Source: Mytilus trossulus
Lineage: Eukaryota
Assembly (NCBI RefSeq): GCF_036588685.1
Contig: NC_086381.1
Location: 6,758,001 to 6,822,000 of the forward strand
Direction of reading: 5' to 3'
DNA length: 64,000 nucleotides
Numbering within the stretch: the stretch's first letter is position 1; each line of letters starts with the position of its first letter. Position numbers and translations under genes: made by a program. A model generated the notes under the pieces. It was not told where the DNA came from. It saw only the letters and a program-made list of their open reading frames with translations, and made no database searches. Positions 49,001 through 62,815 of the stretch are shown one piece after another.

Positions 49001-52000
49001 GTTTTTTACTATAATTAATTTATAAAACATTACAAATAGATAAGTAGACATAAGCCATCTTTCGCTACATCTTTTTCATGTTTCAGGAGAAGTGCGTACT
49101 TGAACAGTTTAATTAAGCAATGTTCCAATCGATTTTATGATTGCAAAACATCCCATATGTTTGGACACACAAACTTTATTAAGTGTTATCTTTATATTAT
49201 TACATTAACACAATAAAAATCTAATTAGCAAAACGTTTTAACTAAATTCCCAAGATGCACGATACGATGTTATCGCAATTTTATTCAATTTTGTTCTAAT
49301 TATTTAGTGCTTTATTTTTTTTAGAAAAAGCTTATCTAATTTTTTAATCTTTTTAACATTATTTATTGTTACATGTATAATAAAGAACAAAAGTCATGAA
49401 AATTGGAAACAATAACAGAATATAATAGATTTATAAAACTCAAATAACTATACTGTATATATTTTTGTAAATTGAAATGCATCTTTTTATCGTCAATCAT
49501 CCACCTGGGAATAACGATGCATCTTCAACCGTTATAATAACACGATTTGTTTCTGATTACGTCATTGATTAAATTAAGTTGATATATATCGAAATTGAAC
49601 CGTAGGAGCATGACGTGCAAATATTCTCACATTTATGTTTAAGAATTTTTTCAATCAATATGTTCATTGTAAATGGATTTATAATAATTACCAGGATTGC
49701 ATATTCTAAGGTAGGCCTATGTATGTTTTTACAAATGTTACCTAAAACTGATATTTCCCATAGGTCAAGTCGTCGAATTATGTTTTTTTTTCTAAACGGT
49801 TTATTGAAAACTGATTTTTTTTATTTAACTACAATATTATTGATAATTGGTAGTTGTTATATATCATTTCCGCATTCGAAAGTTAAACTATACTCAAATA
49901 ACTGTCAACAACGAATAAAGAAGTGCCGCTGTTAGATTACATGTAGTTCTAAGTGTTTTGGTTGATAACACTATTTAAATTACCACTGTCATTTTGTTGG
50001 CTGTTCAATGTATTTTAAAAGTAGATAATTCAAAACTAATACATCTGTTTTATACTATTTATACAATTGATATATTAACGACAATTTGACATCGATAAAT
50101 TGCAGCAGTAAAATTGATGATATATATCATGTTTGGTATTTACTGATAGTGTAGACTAGAGAAGAATCACACACAATATTCCTGATTTTCTGAGCGTTAG
50201 TCTTTTTGGTATTACATGTATCAACTCTGTTACAAGTGTGTCTGTACACAAATTAACAAAAGGAAACGCTTTTCCCATTGTAGCCCTCAATAGAGGTCCC
50301 TATTGAGTATCCCGTTCAAGTCCTCAATAGTGGTCCCTATTAAGTTTCCCCTTAAAGCCCTCAATAGTGGGTCCTATTGATTTTATCGCTTTGATTTCGT
50401 TTGTTTTTTTTCGGAATAGATTTAAGAGATTTGGACATCGGTACACCTCTTATGCCCCTCATTTACAATGACTTATGCTTAGAATTGATTTTCAAAATTG
50501 ATGATAAATATAATATTATATTATTGATTATATTAGTTCAATAATAAAATCGACCACTAAGTTATTCGAATTGTGATGCCATTCTTTTGTACCGTTATCA
50601 ATTGAAAACGTATTTAAATGTAAACAAAAAAATAGCCTGAGGGTTTCAAAAATATAAAATATAAGCAACAATTTAATTAGTGAAACTGCAGGTTATTAAA
50701 ATGAAAGTGAAACTTAAAATGAAAGTGAAAGTAATAATGAAAATGATGCAAAATTTAAATAAACGAATGAAAAGAATAAAAAAAAAACAAAGACTAAAGA
50801 CCATGTTTTTCATCAGGTTTATAAATATCGCATTTCTAGATCGTTATGCTCATTACGAGCCATATGATGCAGTACATGGGTACTTGTATCGTTATAATAA
50901 ATATTAATTGATGTCCAAATTTTCTATAACGTAATCATTCTCAAGTTAAGGCTTTTTGTATTTGGTTTCGATCGTGACAACAGGTTTGGCATTAGGTTTC
51001 CTCTTCTTCTAGCCAACTTCTATCCTAATTCAAAAGCAGAGAGAGAGAGAGAGAACGAGATAACTTTACTTCTTTATGCATCATGAATGCATGGCATATA
51101 TTATTATCCTATAATAGGTTTAAATTTCTGCGTACTGCAGTCAAACATATTTGAAAGTGCACCGACCTTTCTTATCAGGTGATAATAAACATTCCTTTTC
51201 AGCTCCTTATTACAAATTATAACACAATATAAACCTGCAACGAAGCAACATTCACCACATGACGCTAACATACTAAAAGTATCTATGTCTTTGATGTAGT
51301 TGATGCATTGCATGTAATAAAATATTAAAATAACAATCATAACGAGAAAAACAATGTTATTATTAGCCCACCTTATCATAAACCCACTACCACTTGGCCT
51401 CAGTCGTTCATCGTTTGTTATTTTTTTTTAAATACCTTTCTTCTAAAATTACAGAACCAATTGAAAACATATCATCAATAATAGAAAATCTCCCTTGATA
51501 TCTATGCTTTAGACAAATATCAAACATGAAAAAACATATGATGGAACAAATGTCAAAATAGTATTTTCTTCAAATTTATCTCGAAACACAAATTGGATAG
51601 ATTTCTCTATGTAGAGATGCAGCTATCAATAGGTTCACAGGCTATTTTAAATGAACAGTATACAGTTGTAACATGTAATATGATTTTGTCGGTTAAGTAG
51701 TGTTGTCATTATAGCGATGTCTTATCATAGTCAAATCAGCGAGCGATTTGGGCTAGCCATAAAACCAGGTCCACGCCACCATTTTGTCCTAAAATGCCCT
51801 TTATCAAGTCAGGAATATAGCAAATGTTAACACCAGTTTGTTTCTATGTATGTTGGTAGGATTTGTTTTGCTGTTGTAATTAAGTGCTTTTGTTGTAACA
51901 TTGTTTTCCGCTTATAGTTGTTGTGTTTCTCCCGGATTTGTAGGAGTTTGAACCGGATTTTAGTTTGTTTAATCGAATTATCATTATTGAATAGAATATA

Positions 52001-55000
52001 TAAAGTTATAAGCTGTAAATGTCATATCAATCGGTAATAATAGTTTAGCATAACAAACTTAAACAAAGTTAAAATCACAAAAGAAAATTCAAAACGGAAA
52101 GACCCAAATCAAAACGAATGGACAACAACTGTCATATTCCTGACTTAGTACAGGCATTTTAAAATGTACACATTGGGGAATTAAACCTTGTGTCATAGCG
52201 CTAAACATATGCCTTGGATGACATTCGCATCAACTTCCATTATGTTTACAACGAGGTGTGAATAAAACAGATATACTAGGTAAAATAGTCACAACAGTCA
52301 TCATTGTGTCACAATCTTAAAACAAATATTTAACTAAAAAACACAAAAAGCATCTATCAAATTTAAAAACCACATGCATTGCTTCGCATGTATGACGTCA
52401 GATGATATAAGCGTCACATAGGAAGAATGTATAATGATTTTGTAGTTCAAAGTACAATTTCACATGGGAATGGTGGTATAGAGGGTTATAAACATCAACG
52501 TTAACTTTAATGGCTCACGTTTCAGTTACTGTTAGTAGTCCTTTGTTAATTTATGTATCATAAAAAGTTTGCTTAGTTTTTTTTGTTACCTTCTCTGACA
52601 TTGAACTCGGACATCTTTTATTTTTACTGTGCGTTCTAAATTTGCTAGATGCATAAGGGGAGGATTGAGATCTCACAAAATATGTTAAATCCCGCCGATT
52701 TTTTTAGCCTATGCCCTTAGTTAGTCTTGTATGAGTTTCAAATTTAGTTCATTTATCTTAATAGTATAAGCCTGGTACCTTTCACAACTGTTATATATTT
52801 TGGAGTTTAATATGATGTCCAATATCATTGAACTAGTACACATTTTTATTTATGGACCAGTTGAAGCAAGCTTCGATTTCTTGGTGCCTGATTTTCTCGC
52901 TGGAATGAAGACCCATTGCTGGTCTTCGGCTGCTTTCTGCTCTTTGGTCGGGTGGTTGTCGCTTTGACACACCCGTCTTATCCCTTCTTAATTTATTTAT
53001 TTATAAAATTATGATTAAACTGCGTTTACTTTGGTCAATCGTTGCATTCTTTTTTAAAAGAGATGACCATCAACCTGGTGATTTACAATTTACAAATAAA
53101 ATAAAATATACCATTGATTTTCCTTCTTTAAAATTCTGTATCTATCAATTTAATATGATTTTTTTTTACAATATCGTAACTTCCTGTAGAGCTTATGGCT
53201 CTGTTGGTGGGTTTGGTGACTGTTTCTTTTTAATGTCCATTGTGTATCATTCAAAGAGTTTATTCAGAATGAATGCTGTTGTTTAATTGCGGGCATCTAT
53301 ATCATAGAAAAGACAACATTGTTAAATATTTTCAGTACAAGTTATTTGTTTTTTTTTTCCGTTTAATTGGAAACCGTTATCCATTGATAATAAGGCAATT
53401 CTGTTAATTAATGATGTTTTTATGAAATATATCTCTGCATTTCTATACCTTTATTTTTGAGGTAAAGTGATTATCCAGAATTGATATTTAAATAGTATAT
53501 TCTTTAAATTTATCTTTTGTCGTTCAAACAAAGAAGGTGACAAGTTAAACAATCTATTGTTTTCTACGCCACGGTATTACTTGCCGTAACCTCGTATGGC
53601 AACTTTTTTGGAATTTTTAATGCTCTTCAAATTTGATTTTTTCAATGTTTTTCATTTAAGTGTCACTGACGTGTCTGATGTAGACAAAACTTGAGTCTGT
53701 CGACACAATTATTAGCCTGGTTTACTTGATGAAGTTTGATAGTCCTTGTTTACTAGTGTTTATTTAGAGCATGATATGTTGTAGAGACACCTATTTATTT
53801 TGGAATATTGTATATGGACTTCTATATGATGTATATCCCTTTTTTGTGTATCCATGTACCATTAAGTTAAAGCTAGCAACCAGTTGGCAATGAGTGATAA
53901 TGGATTTACCTTGTTTGGATAACGGTTACCTTAATAGTCTTTTTATTGTTTCAAAGTAAATTATGTATGCACATTTAGATACAGAACGTTAGACAGTGGC
54001 AGAAACTATTAACTATTTAACTTAAGTTTCGTTGAATTTCTTTGTTTAGCTCATATAATATTAAAAATACAGAAACTAGACACACGTGTCAGTGAAACAT
54101 GTATCAGATTAAAGACCTCTTAAAATATTGAATTTCCAAATTAGTTTGTACACAGCCAAGTGAACTTCAATTAATGTAATATTAAAAAATTAATATGTGT
54201 TTGTGTTTATAGTTATTAATGTAATACCACTATGTTGATTGCTGTGTCTTTATTTTTGACATTTTTTCCTTTAATGTTTGTGTTGTTCACTTATCGTTGT
54301 CTTTTTAATGGAATTTCATGCGACCGTCATACATGTGAGAGGTTTAGCTAGCTATAAAACTACGTTACATCCACCACGTTTTACATAAGAAAATGCATGT
54401 ACCGAGTCAGGAATATGACAGTTGTTGTCCATTCGTGTGATGTAATCAAACTATTGATTTGCCATTTGATTAGAGACTTTCTGTTTTGAATTGTCCGCGG
54501 AGTTTTGTATTTGTGTGATTTTACTTTTTATTCTTTAAACATCCTCTGGTACGATGGAACTTAATTAGACATAACACAATGTCTTCCTATAAAGTAAACT
54601 ATCTAAAACCGTGTAAAATTATCAATACTTAACTGTTATTTATAAAACATTTATGTCTGATACCATTTTAACTCGCAAATGACACCCAATTCATCATTAT
54701 TGTTATAATCATCCAAAATAATAGTAAGAAATAAAAAAGGGTCCATAAATGTTCTGTTTTATATCATATATGTAAGCAGTCCCTATTTAGCATATTATCC
54801 ATTGAGACGGTTAATGATTATGATAAATCAAATGCAACACTCTAAGAGCATTACACATCTATGGTCAATATCGACGGATAGATATAGGAAGATGTGGTGT
54901 GAGTGCCAATGAGACAATTAATATTAAAAGTGGAATAAAACAAAGCAAACAAAGTCGAAGAGCACAAACAAAACGATGAATTAAAAAAATAACTGAGCTA

Positions 55001-55702
55001 AATAAGAACAGATAGCTTGATTTAGCTGCCAACATCTTCCACTTGTGTGATTTTCTTTTATACTTGCATCAGTACAAACTTAGAACATATCATGGTTCAG
55101 CACATTAAAATTATGCAATTCACTTATTTTCCAAATGTTTATTTTTATCTGACGATAACTATATATAATTGAAAAAGAATTATATAATAAAATACGTTTG
55201 CAAGGCCGTAAGATATCATTACGACATAATTGTTGTGGTTTTTAACAACATTATTTATATCCTTATCTTCATTAACAAAGCAATACTCTGATGCATTGAT
55301 GAATAAACATCATAACATGAAAAAAACTTCAAATTAGTTAGTTATGAGGAACTGTATTTATAATAGAACTGTATCTAAAATCAGGGGAGCATGAAATGTA
55401 ACGAAAATATCAAAAAATTCTTTGCAACATTAGTAGCTACATTAATAACATTAAAGTAAGCATAACATGAAATGATATAACCATCCCGGGATATCGATAT
55501 CTCTACTGAACAACACAAGTTACCACGAGGAGAAGGTGATAGCTATTATAGCAATCAATCATTGGAAATTGTTTTTCAATAGAATGGATGCAAATGAATA
55601 TATTTTGTTTAATGTAGGATCCTTGTTTCATGCTGACTTTTTCTTTTTATAAAAGTACCTTATTAGCATATATTAACATAGGAATATAATGGTTAGATGC
55701 AA

Positions 55703-55874
55703 TACACCTTATCGCTATTTGTCCGCCATTACTGGATATCACACAGGTTCCCGTAAAATTTTGACGTCATAAAACAAAATGTCTGACGCCACAATGGAAA
55801 AGTGATTGTTGTATGCGTCAAAAGGTCAAGCGGTCGGGTCGGCCGGCCGAGTAGGCTAATAGCAATAAGTTGTA
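55703..55874. mobile_element. ~170-bp MITE-like element
   Basis: TACACCTTATCGCTATT ... AATAGCAATAAGTTGTA (15/17 inverted) with a GC-rich subterminal palindrome TCGGCCGGCCGA. Confidence 0.65.
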
Positions 55875-58800
55875 TATGTCTTCTTTGGACTATATCTATG
55901 CATATGTATATAGGAATTTTTCCTCGACCTTTAGTGATATCGGTTCATCAGAGGCATTGGCCAAAAAATACCAGTCGTATACGGTAAAATTACCGAATCC
56001 CAATATTAGGGGAAAAAAAACCCCCAAAAAACTGGCATTATTTGCACTAATCTTATCCATGTACATGTATTACGTTTTAATGAAGGTTTGTCTTTTACCA
56101 AAGACTGAGAGAATACAAAGCAACGATATATTACAAAAAAAAGTATTTATAACGATCGTCGTGACATACAAATAACAGAAAGTATATAACTGTCAGGTGT
56201 GTTATGAACAGAGCTTAGCAACTTCAATATGACCAAATTATAGCGCTTTGATATACACCTGTGATAAATAACATAAATGCATGAAATTGTGTACGGCATT
56301 ATTTCAAAGTGAACATTCAGTATATATCAATATAAAAACAAAACAAGGAAAGATGTACCTTCAGTATGTGAACAATGGGCAATAATGAAGAAAAGATTTT
56401 TTAAAATTTTTTTTAGAAATCGTTTTAATTCATTGAAATGACTGATGTGTTCATAAAAAATTCATCCAACTGCGGAGGTTTATGAAAAAAATATATATAG
56501 TATAGTAATAAAGAGGGACGATACCAAAAGACAAATGAATAAACGATTATATACACACACGCAAACAACATCCCTTTAATCACGAACTCCAAAATAACAA
56601 ACACTGAAGTCATCATGATGTTTGCATACAGTCTAATCTTTACGCTTTACCACCAAAAATACTGCACAAACCGTAATCTCGAACAATGAAGACAAAATCT
56701 CGAATACGATTAAAGTTGTGAATGTATTTAAGGGAAAACACTGGGACAATAAGGCACAATTTTACATTAGTGATCATAAAAAAGCGCATTAACATGCGCA
56801 TTATGTTACACTCCTTCCTTTTTCGTCGTAATACAATTAGTTTTTGAAAGTAATCAAACAAGGCTTACAAATGACAAAAGAAAAAATATGCAGACGGTTT
56901 AATTTTATAAAAGGAATCATTTAGATTGAGCATGTTTATTTGTAGATTTTATATAGACAATACCAGATGAATATATCTTAGACTCATTAATCATATTGAT
57001 ATTTCTCCAGAGGTTTGTCTTATGTCAGGATAAGGAAATTAAACCACACAGCTGACCATTTTAGACAATAATTGTGTTGTTATATGTACAGTCCAGTTGT
57101 CCAAAGTTAGCTGTTTATCTTATATAACAATATTTTCTCCGGGGAAATTGTCTTGCGGGTGATGTTTTCCTTACTTAAATCGATTGTACTAAAATCTTCT
57201 CTTATCAATCTAGTGAATGACAGTATAACTGTCCAATCAAAAACGTTATAACCAAAGGTCAGAAAAGCTGTCATCTTCTATTATCAGTTGTGAACAACAT
57301 AGACAAGAATCAATTTATACAAAATCGGAAGACATGAATTGATAGTACCAAAAATAAAAGAATGATTTTGTTACATAATACGCTTGTATGTAGGGGAGGG
57401 TTGATATCTAAAAATCATGTACCACCCCAATGCATTTTTTAGACTGTTTCAATGCAATAACCTTGCCTTTTGTAAGTCTTCAGTGTTTTATTTCTTACGA
57501 TTTGGTTTATTTATATGTTTCTAAATGTAGTGCGGCGCCCATTTCTTTGAACTAATCTACCTGATTGTTATATGACAAGCTGAAGCTCAAATCCTTTGGT
57601 TCTTGATACGTTTGGTGCAATGAAGACTCATGGTGGTGTTATGTTCAGCTCTTTGGTCGGATGGTGTCCTCTTTCACATATTTTCCTTTCAACCGTCATT
57701 TTACCTTTATTTGCGTTAATAGATACAAAATGTTCAGATAAAGCTTGTAAGTACATGTGAATGCGAAAAAAATGTCCAGAGATAAAAAAAAATGTAAAGG
57801 TTTTACTAAAAAAATATATGTCCTAATAAAAGACCAACGTTGCAAACCTTTTTTTCGTATACCGGATGGGCGAGGTCATTGAAATTGTGTTCTACCGAAT
57901 CATGTGTTGAAATTATGTGACGCTGCTTTAATATTTGACTCTTGACATATTGTTCATATCTGGTAGAAATCTGACGCACCATTTATCCTCTGAAAAACCT
58001 AGAGATTTATTATTAAATGTTACCTAATGGGGATATATTTAAAACAAATCGTTAGGCGCTATGAAAGTATTATGCTATTAACGCTCTGCAACGTCTTTGA
58101 TCTAAATAATTGCTTTAAATTGTGATGTATTGGCTGTATGTCTGCAACAGAAATAAATCTGTTTATTTAAGCCGAAACAAAGATTGTTCTTATTCCCATT
58201 GACAAAAAAATCACAATAAATTTGCAGAAATTGGCCAATTTTCAGAAACCATAAATATAACGCCCCTTGTCATAAGATATATTTAGCTATCGGTATTATA
58301 TATACACAAATACATTTTATGTAGTATGATTTACTGAAGTTTTATATTATGACATCAGAATTACTTAAACTTCTATGTATTATTTTATATCAATTTCAAG
58401 GACAGTTGCTTGTGCTTCTTCATCACACCATCAGTAAATAATTCATATTCTATGATTGATTGAACTTTATATAATATAGATACTTCAATAGTACCATTAA
58501 GCTGGTTGTTTGACTTCTATTAGAGTCTAGAACGAAGTTTTACAGGTGTTTTAATATGTAGATTCGAACTAATTTGACAAATAACTTGAAAGATGTATAT
58601 TTTTATTTAGTGGCTGAATATATGTTTATGCCCCTCCCGGTAAATCTTATTCTGATAATCAGTATATAGCAGAAAATTTAAAGATATTTGAATGCATAGA
58701 CAATGTAAAAGAAACACACGTTAAGTCTTAAAAATATTCAATAACGTTTGAAGTTTTATTTGCAAACCCCTGTGAATGTTACAACATGGATCTTACCGAG

Positions 58801-59554
58801 TACAGAAGATACATAAAGGCATTATGAATCTATAATTAATGAAACACGTTAGTCTGTATCGCATGATAATTACTCAATGTAAAATAGTATAAAATGCTAA
58901 AAAAGAGAACAAAATGTAGCTAGTTGGAAATTTAAAGATGCATTTACTACTTTGAATTTTTTTTTTTAAATTAATCATTGTTTGTTTAAAAGACAAGGGC
59001 ATACTTGAAATAACATACGAAAAAGGTTTTGCAGTCAATCGCACTTTATTATCAGTTGATTGTGTTACAAAAACTTTATTAAAAAAGTATTTTTTTTTAA
59101 AAGTTTAAATTATGTAACATACAAGTTGTATACTGCAATATTTTTTTTTATCAAGACCCAATATTCATTTTCTTTCCATGCGACTGCAAACATTAGAGTG
59201 TGCATTTATTATTGTGGTTTTTAACAATGAACAAACATGCGTATGCTACATACATATGATGCCATAACAAATTCAATTGAAAACTCGAGTGTTTTTTTTT
59301 AATCCTCACCCCTTGATTTTATTTGCATTTGTATAATTGAAAGGTGAATGTTGGGTCATGCTAGTTTCATTTGCATTATATAACTTGTCCCATCAATCAC
59401 AATGGGAAAAAATATCTCACAAGTTTCTAAAACAAACAGTATATTTTGCAATATTATCCAAAACAGTCACACCCATCAATAGAAAGATGAATTGATAAAA
59501 GATCAATTATATGTTAGTGAATGAAAACTCGTTAGCTTTTATTTATCGGCTAAC

Positions 59555-60142
59555 AAATAAGTAGGTCCGGTAGTGGCGGATTTCTGCCTCTAATTTCTGG
59601 TTCATCTAATGAAAGATTTTGGACACTTTTTAAACACTTTAAAGTGTCTACGTCAGTCGATTTTAAAATTTGATGTAAAAGATATTAACTGATTTTGTCA
59701 TTAGAGACATTCTTATTCAAGCGTAAATATGAAAAATCTATCAAACATGCCAAATTATGTCACTTTTCAAATGTCTTATTTGTCAAAAATAAAAGTGGCC
59801 GGATCCACGTTCACTCTAAAACTTTGTATATGTTTTGTATTATCATCAAATACAATTTACATTTAAATATTAAGAATGAACACAAATGCAGCCACTTTCA
59901 TTTAAGACGGAAACCATTTCAAATTTCAAAAGCTAGAATTGTGAAGATTTTAGAAACATTGCATGACTTAATGATGTTATTATCCCATATATGTGCACAG
60001 TATTGTCAAAAAACAGCCCATTTTTATGTAATAGAAGTATACTTCTACTTTCCAATAAATAGCTAAAAATTTACATTTTAACAATTTTGTAAAAACTGCT
60101 ATACTTTGGGACAAAAAGGGGTCTTACTGTATCCACTCCTTT
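59555..60142. mobile_element. Degenerate Kolobok-like non-autonomous element, ~590 bp
   Basis: The ends AAATAAGTAGGTCCGGTAG and CTTACTGTATCCACTCCTTT are decayed inverted repeats; TSD not preserved. Confidence 0.5.
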
Positions 60143-62598
60143 ACATTGGGAAGAAATATGGTTTTCTGTAAATTTGAATACCTCTATTACCAAACAGTAC
60201 CATGCAAATACATTTAATTCGTCCTCTTTATCTAACAATGACTGCCTGATGTTTTACATTTAGCTTACATTTTTCACCATATTGCCAATTAATGTTTCCA
60301 TTGTCAAGTTTACAAAAAGCTTTGACCAGTTTGACACGTTCACGTTCGACAACTGAGACATACCTTGACGAAAAATGGATTCCTGAAATAGCCAAAGCCA
60401 AGAGTTATGTTTTTAAGGATAATTTTATACTATAAATGATCTTTTTCCTTAAGAAAAACCGGTTAAACAACCCTTGAGAACTTGATATCAACTCGCGATT
60501 TTTGATTTCAATAATAACTTTATAAATAACAATAAAAAGACTCGTTTATTATCATATTAAGATTAAATAAAGTTTATACCAAGCGACATCAAAATGCTCA
60601 CTCGTTACGGAAAGTAACAAGCTGCATATACAATGTAAAAAAGATAAGATATTTTGATTGAATACGATATGGATGAGTGAACTTTAATTTGATCGTGGTT
60701 TTATAAATTGTCTTTCGTTGTCCTCTGTAGAAATGATACCATGATCCAAACTATGAAAATTGAAGGATGTGCTAGTATTGACAACACATTCATAATTACA
60801 AAGCGAATATGGAGAAAATTGCATCGGAAATAGAGAAACGATTTTTAGAACGGCTCAGTAGTCATAATAAGTTGTAAATTCAGGTTGCAATTACAAAAAG
60901 ACAAGCGTTATTAATTTATAGTCATGGCATCTTAAGGGTCCAGTAGGAGAGTTTCCTTCTATTTTCTTTCTCACCCTTTTAAATGAATATACACAAGTTA
61001 GTGTTGGCGTAAATGTTTAAATAAAGGTAACCAATTCGCTTTTGCGTATATGTAAATCTGTCCCCTGTTGTTCAGTCTGTCGTTTTCTACGTGTTGGCAT
61101 GTGTCATTTGATCTGTTTGTGCCAAGACATTGTGAGTTTCTCTACCACGTATACATTTTGAATGTCATTTTGGCATCTTACGCACGTTTTGTTTTAAAAT
61201 ATACCCATGTAAAAAAAAACAGTTTTTATAAAGTTTATGGAGTTTGGATGGGAGGTTAGGAGGGATTCTTTTAACAAACAAACCGTATTTTCGTAAATTA
61301 AATAGTTAAACAATTAAACTTGCAAAACACATGAAACGGTATTGATTAAACACCGTGACTATAAAATTATATGAATCTAAAGACGCCTCCGGGTGCGAGA
61401 GTTCCTCGGTACAATGAGGACCCATTTGTAGCCTTCGGCTGCTGCCCGATCCATGGTCGGTTTGTTGTCGCTATGACATATTCCCCATGTCCTTTCTTAA
61501 TTGTATAGCTAACATCTTTACAATGCTTTGATGTGACGTGAACTTTTCTAATAAGATAAGATATTGTTTTTACGTAAAGTTTCTCCCAGCTGCCGATTGA
61601 ATAAAATATTGTCATATGTGACACCATTTTTATAATACGTCTGCTTTAAAAAGATATATTGGCATAAATAAGTTTTTGACATTTAGGTTCCTCGCGTTCT
61701 AATAGAACCTCGTTTTTACAGAATCAGCATTAATCTATTGACGTAAATATGATGAATTGCATAGTTCAATACGTCACGTAAAAAACTAATAAAAATGATG
61801 ATTTCATTTATATGTATTGAAGGAGAAGGAATAACATTTGATTATACACCAGATTTTTTAACAAAACAGATCACAGCAAGACAAGAATTAATTCATATAT
61901 ATTGTAGATTGCTACAAATTGATACAGACGTCATTTACATTTCACACAAACATATATCATATATATATATATAGTACATTTGTAAATTAATAAAAGCATT
62001 ATTCTAGAGTTAAATGATCTTTATTTGAACTTTGAAATGAATCTAAAAGAAATTGATATGTTTATTGTGTTAATGAATTAGACACTGAAATAAGCACAAG
62101 CTTGAGTGCAAAAAAGACAAATTAACAAACTGAGATTGTGTTTGTGTTACTCAAGCTTTAGTTTTCGGTGTTTTCATTTTTTGACGTTTGTTTTCTTTTA
62201 CTGCTGATTTTTGCATTGATCTCCTTATCTTCTCTCATAATTTTTATCACTAATTTGATTCATTTAGGCCAAATTCAGAAAAATATATGCAAATGCAAAT
62301 AAGTAGAATAACTATATGACAACGGACGTAAATTGTTGACACAATTGATGATTAAAGTCTATATTTGTGCCGTAGACATATTCTGATCAAAGTTTTCGAA
62401 TAATAACTGGTTGATTATATTTTTGAATTCACGATTTACGAATATTTCCAAAAACACTCATTATCTATCAAAAGAAGACAATACATTAAATCATTATCCA
62501 AAGACCCAGTACTTTGTTACACGTGACAAAACAGATATTGTGGTATGTTATTTTACTGTTATCAAAATTGAAAAGAATACACAAATGTATCCTTTATA

Positions 62599-62815
62599 CG
62601 GTATAGCGTGGTTTTCTTTGCGGGTGTAAAAATATGCGATTTTTATTGAGTAAGGTATAAGAAATATTTTGGCGGTTATTATGTTGGCAGATTCGATCAT
62701 TTGTTAATACCTTTGCATGTGGACTTTTATATTGACGGAATTTATTTTGACGATTTTGTTCAATCCGCGAAAATAAGCGAAAATTTACACCCCGTGAAAA
62801 TAACCCGCTATACGG
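62599..62815. mobile_element. Tc1/mariner-type MITE
   Basis: TA|CGGTATAGCGTGGTTTT...GGGTGTAAA ... TTTACACCCCGTGAAAATAACCCGCTATACGG. Confidence 0.7.

Noticed and set aside
59695-60066. 123-aa ORF
   Set aside because: It has a non-ATG start, lies inside a non-autonomous element and has no recognisable motif.
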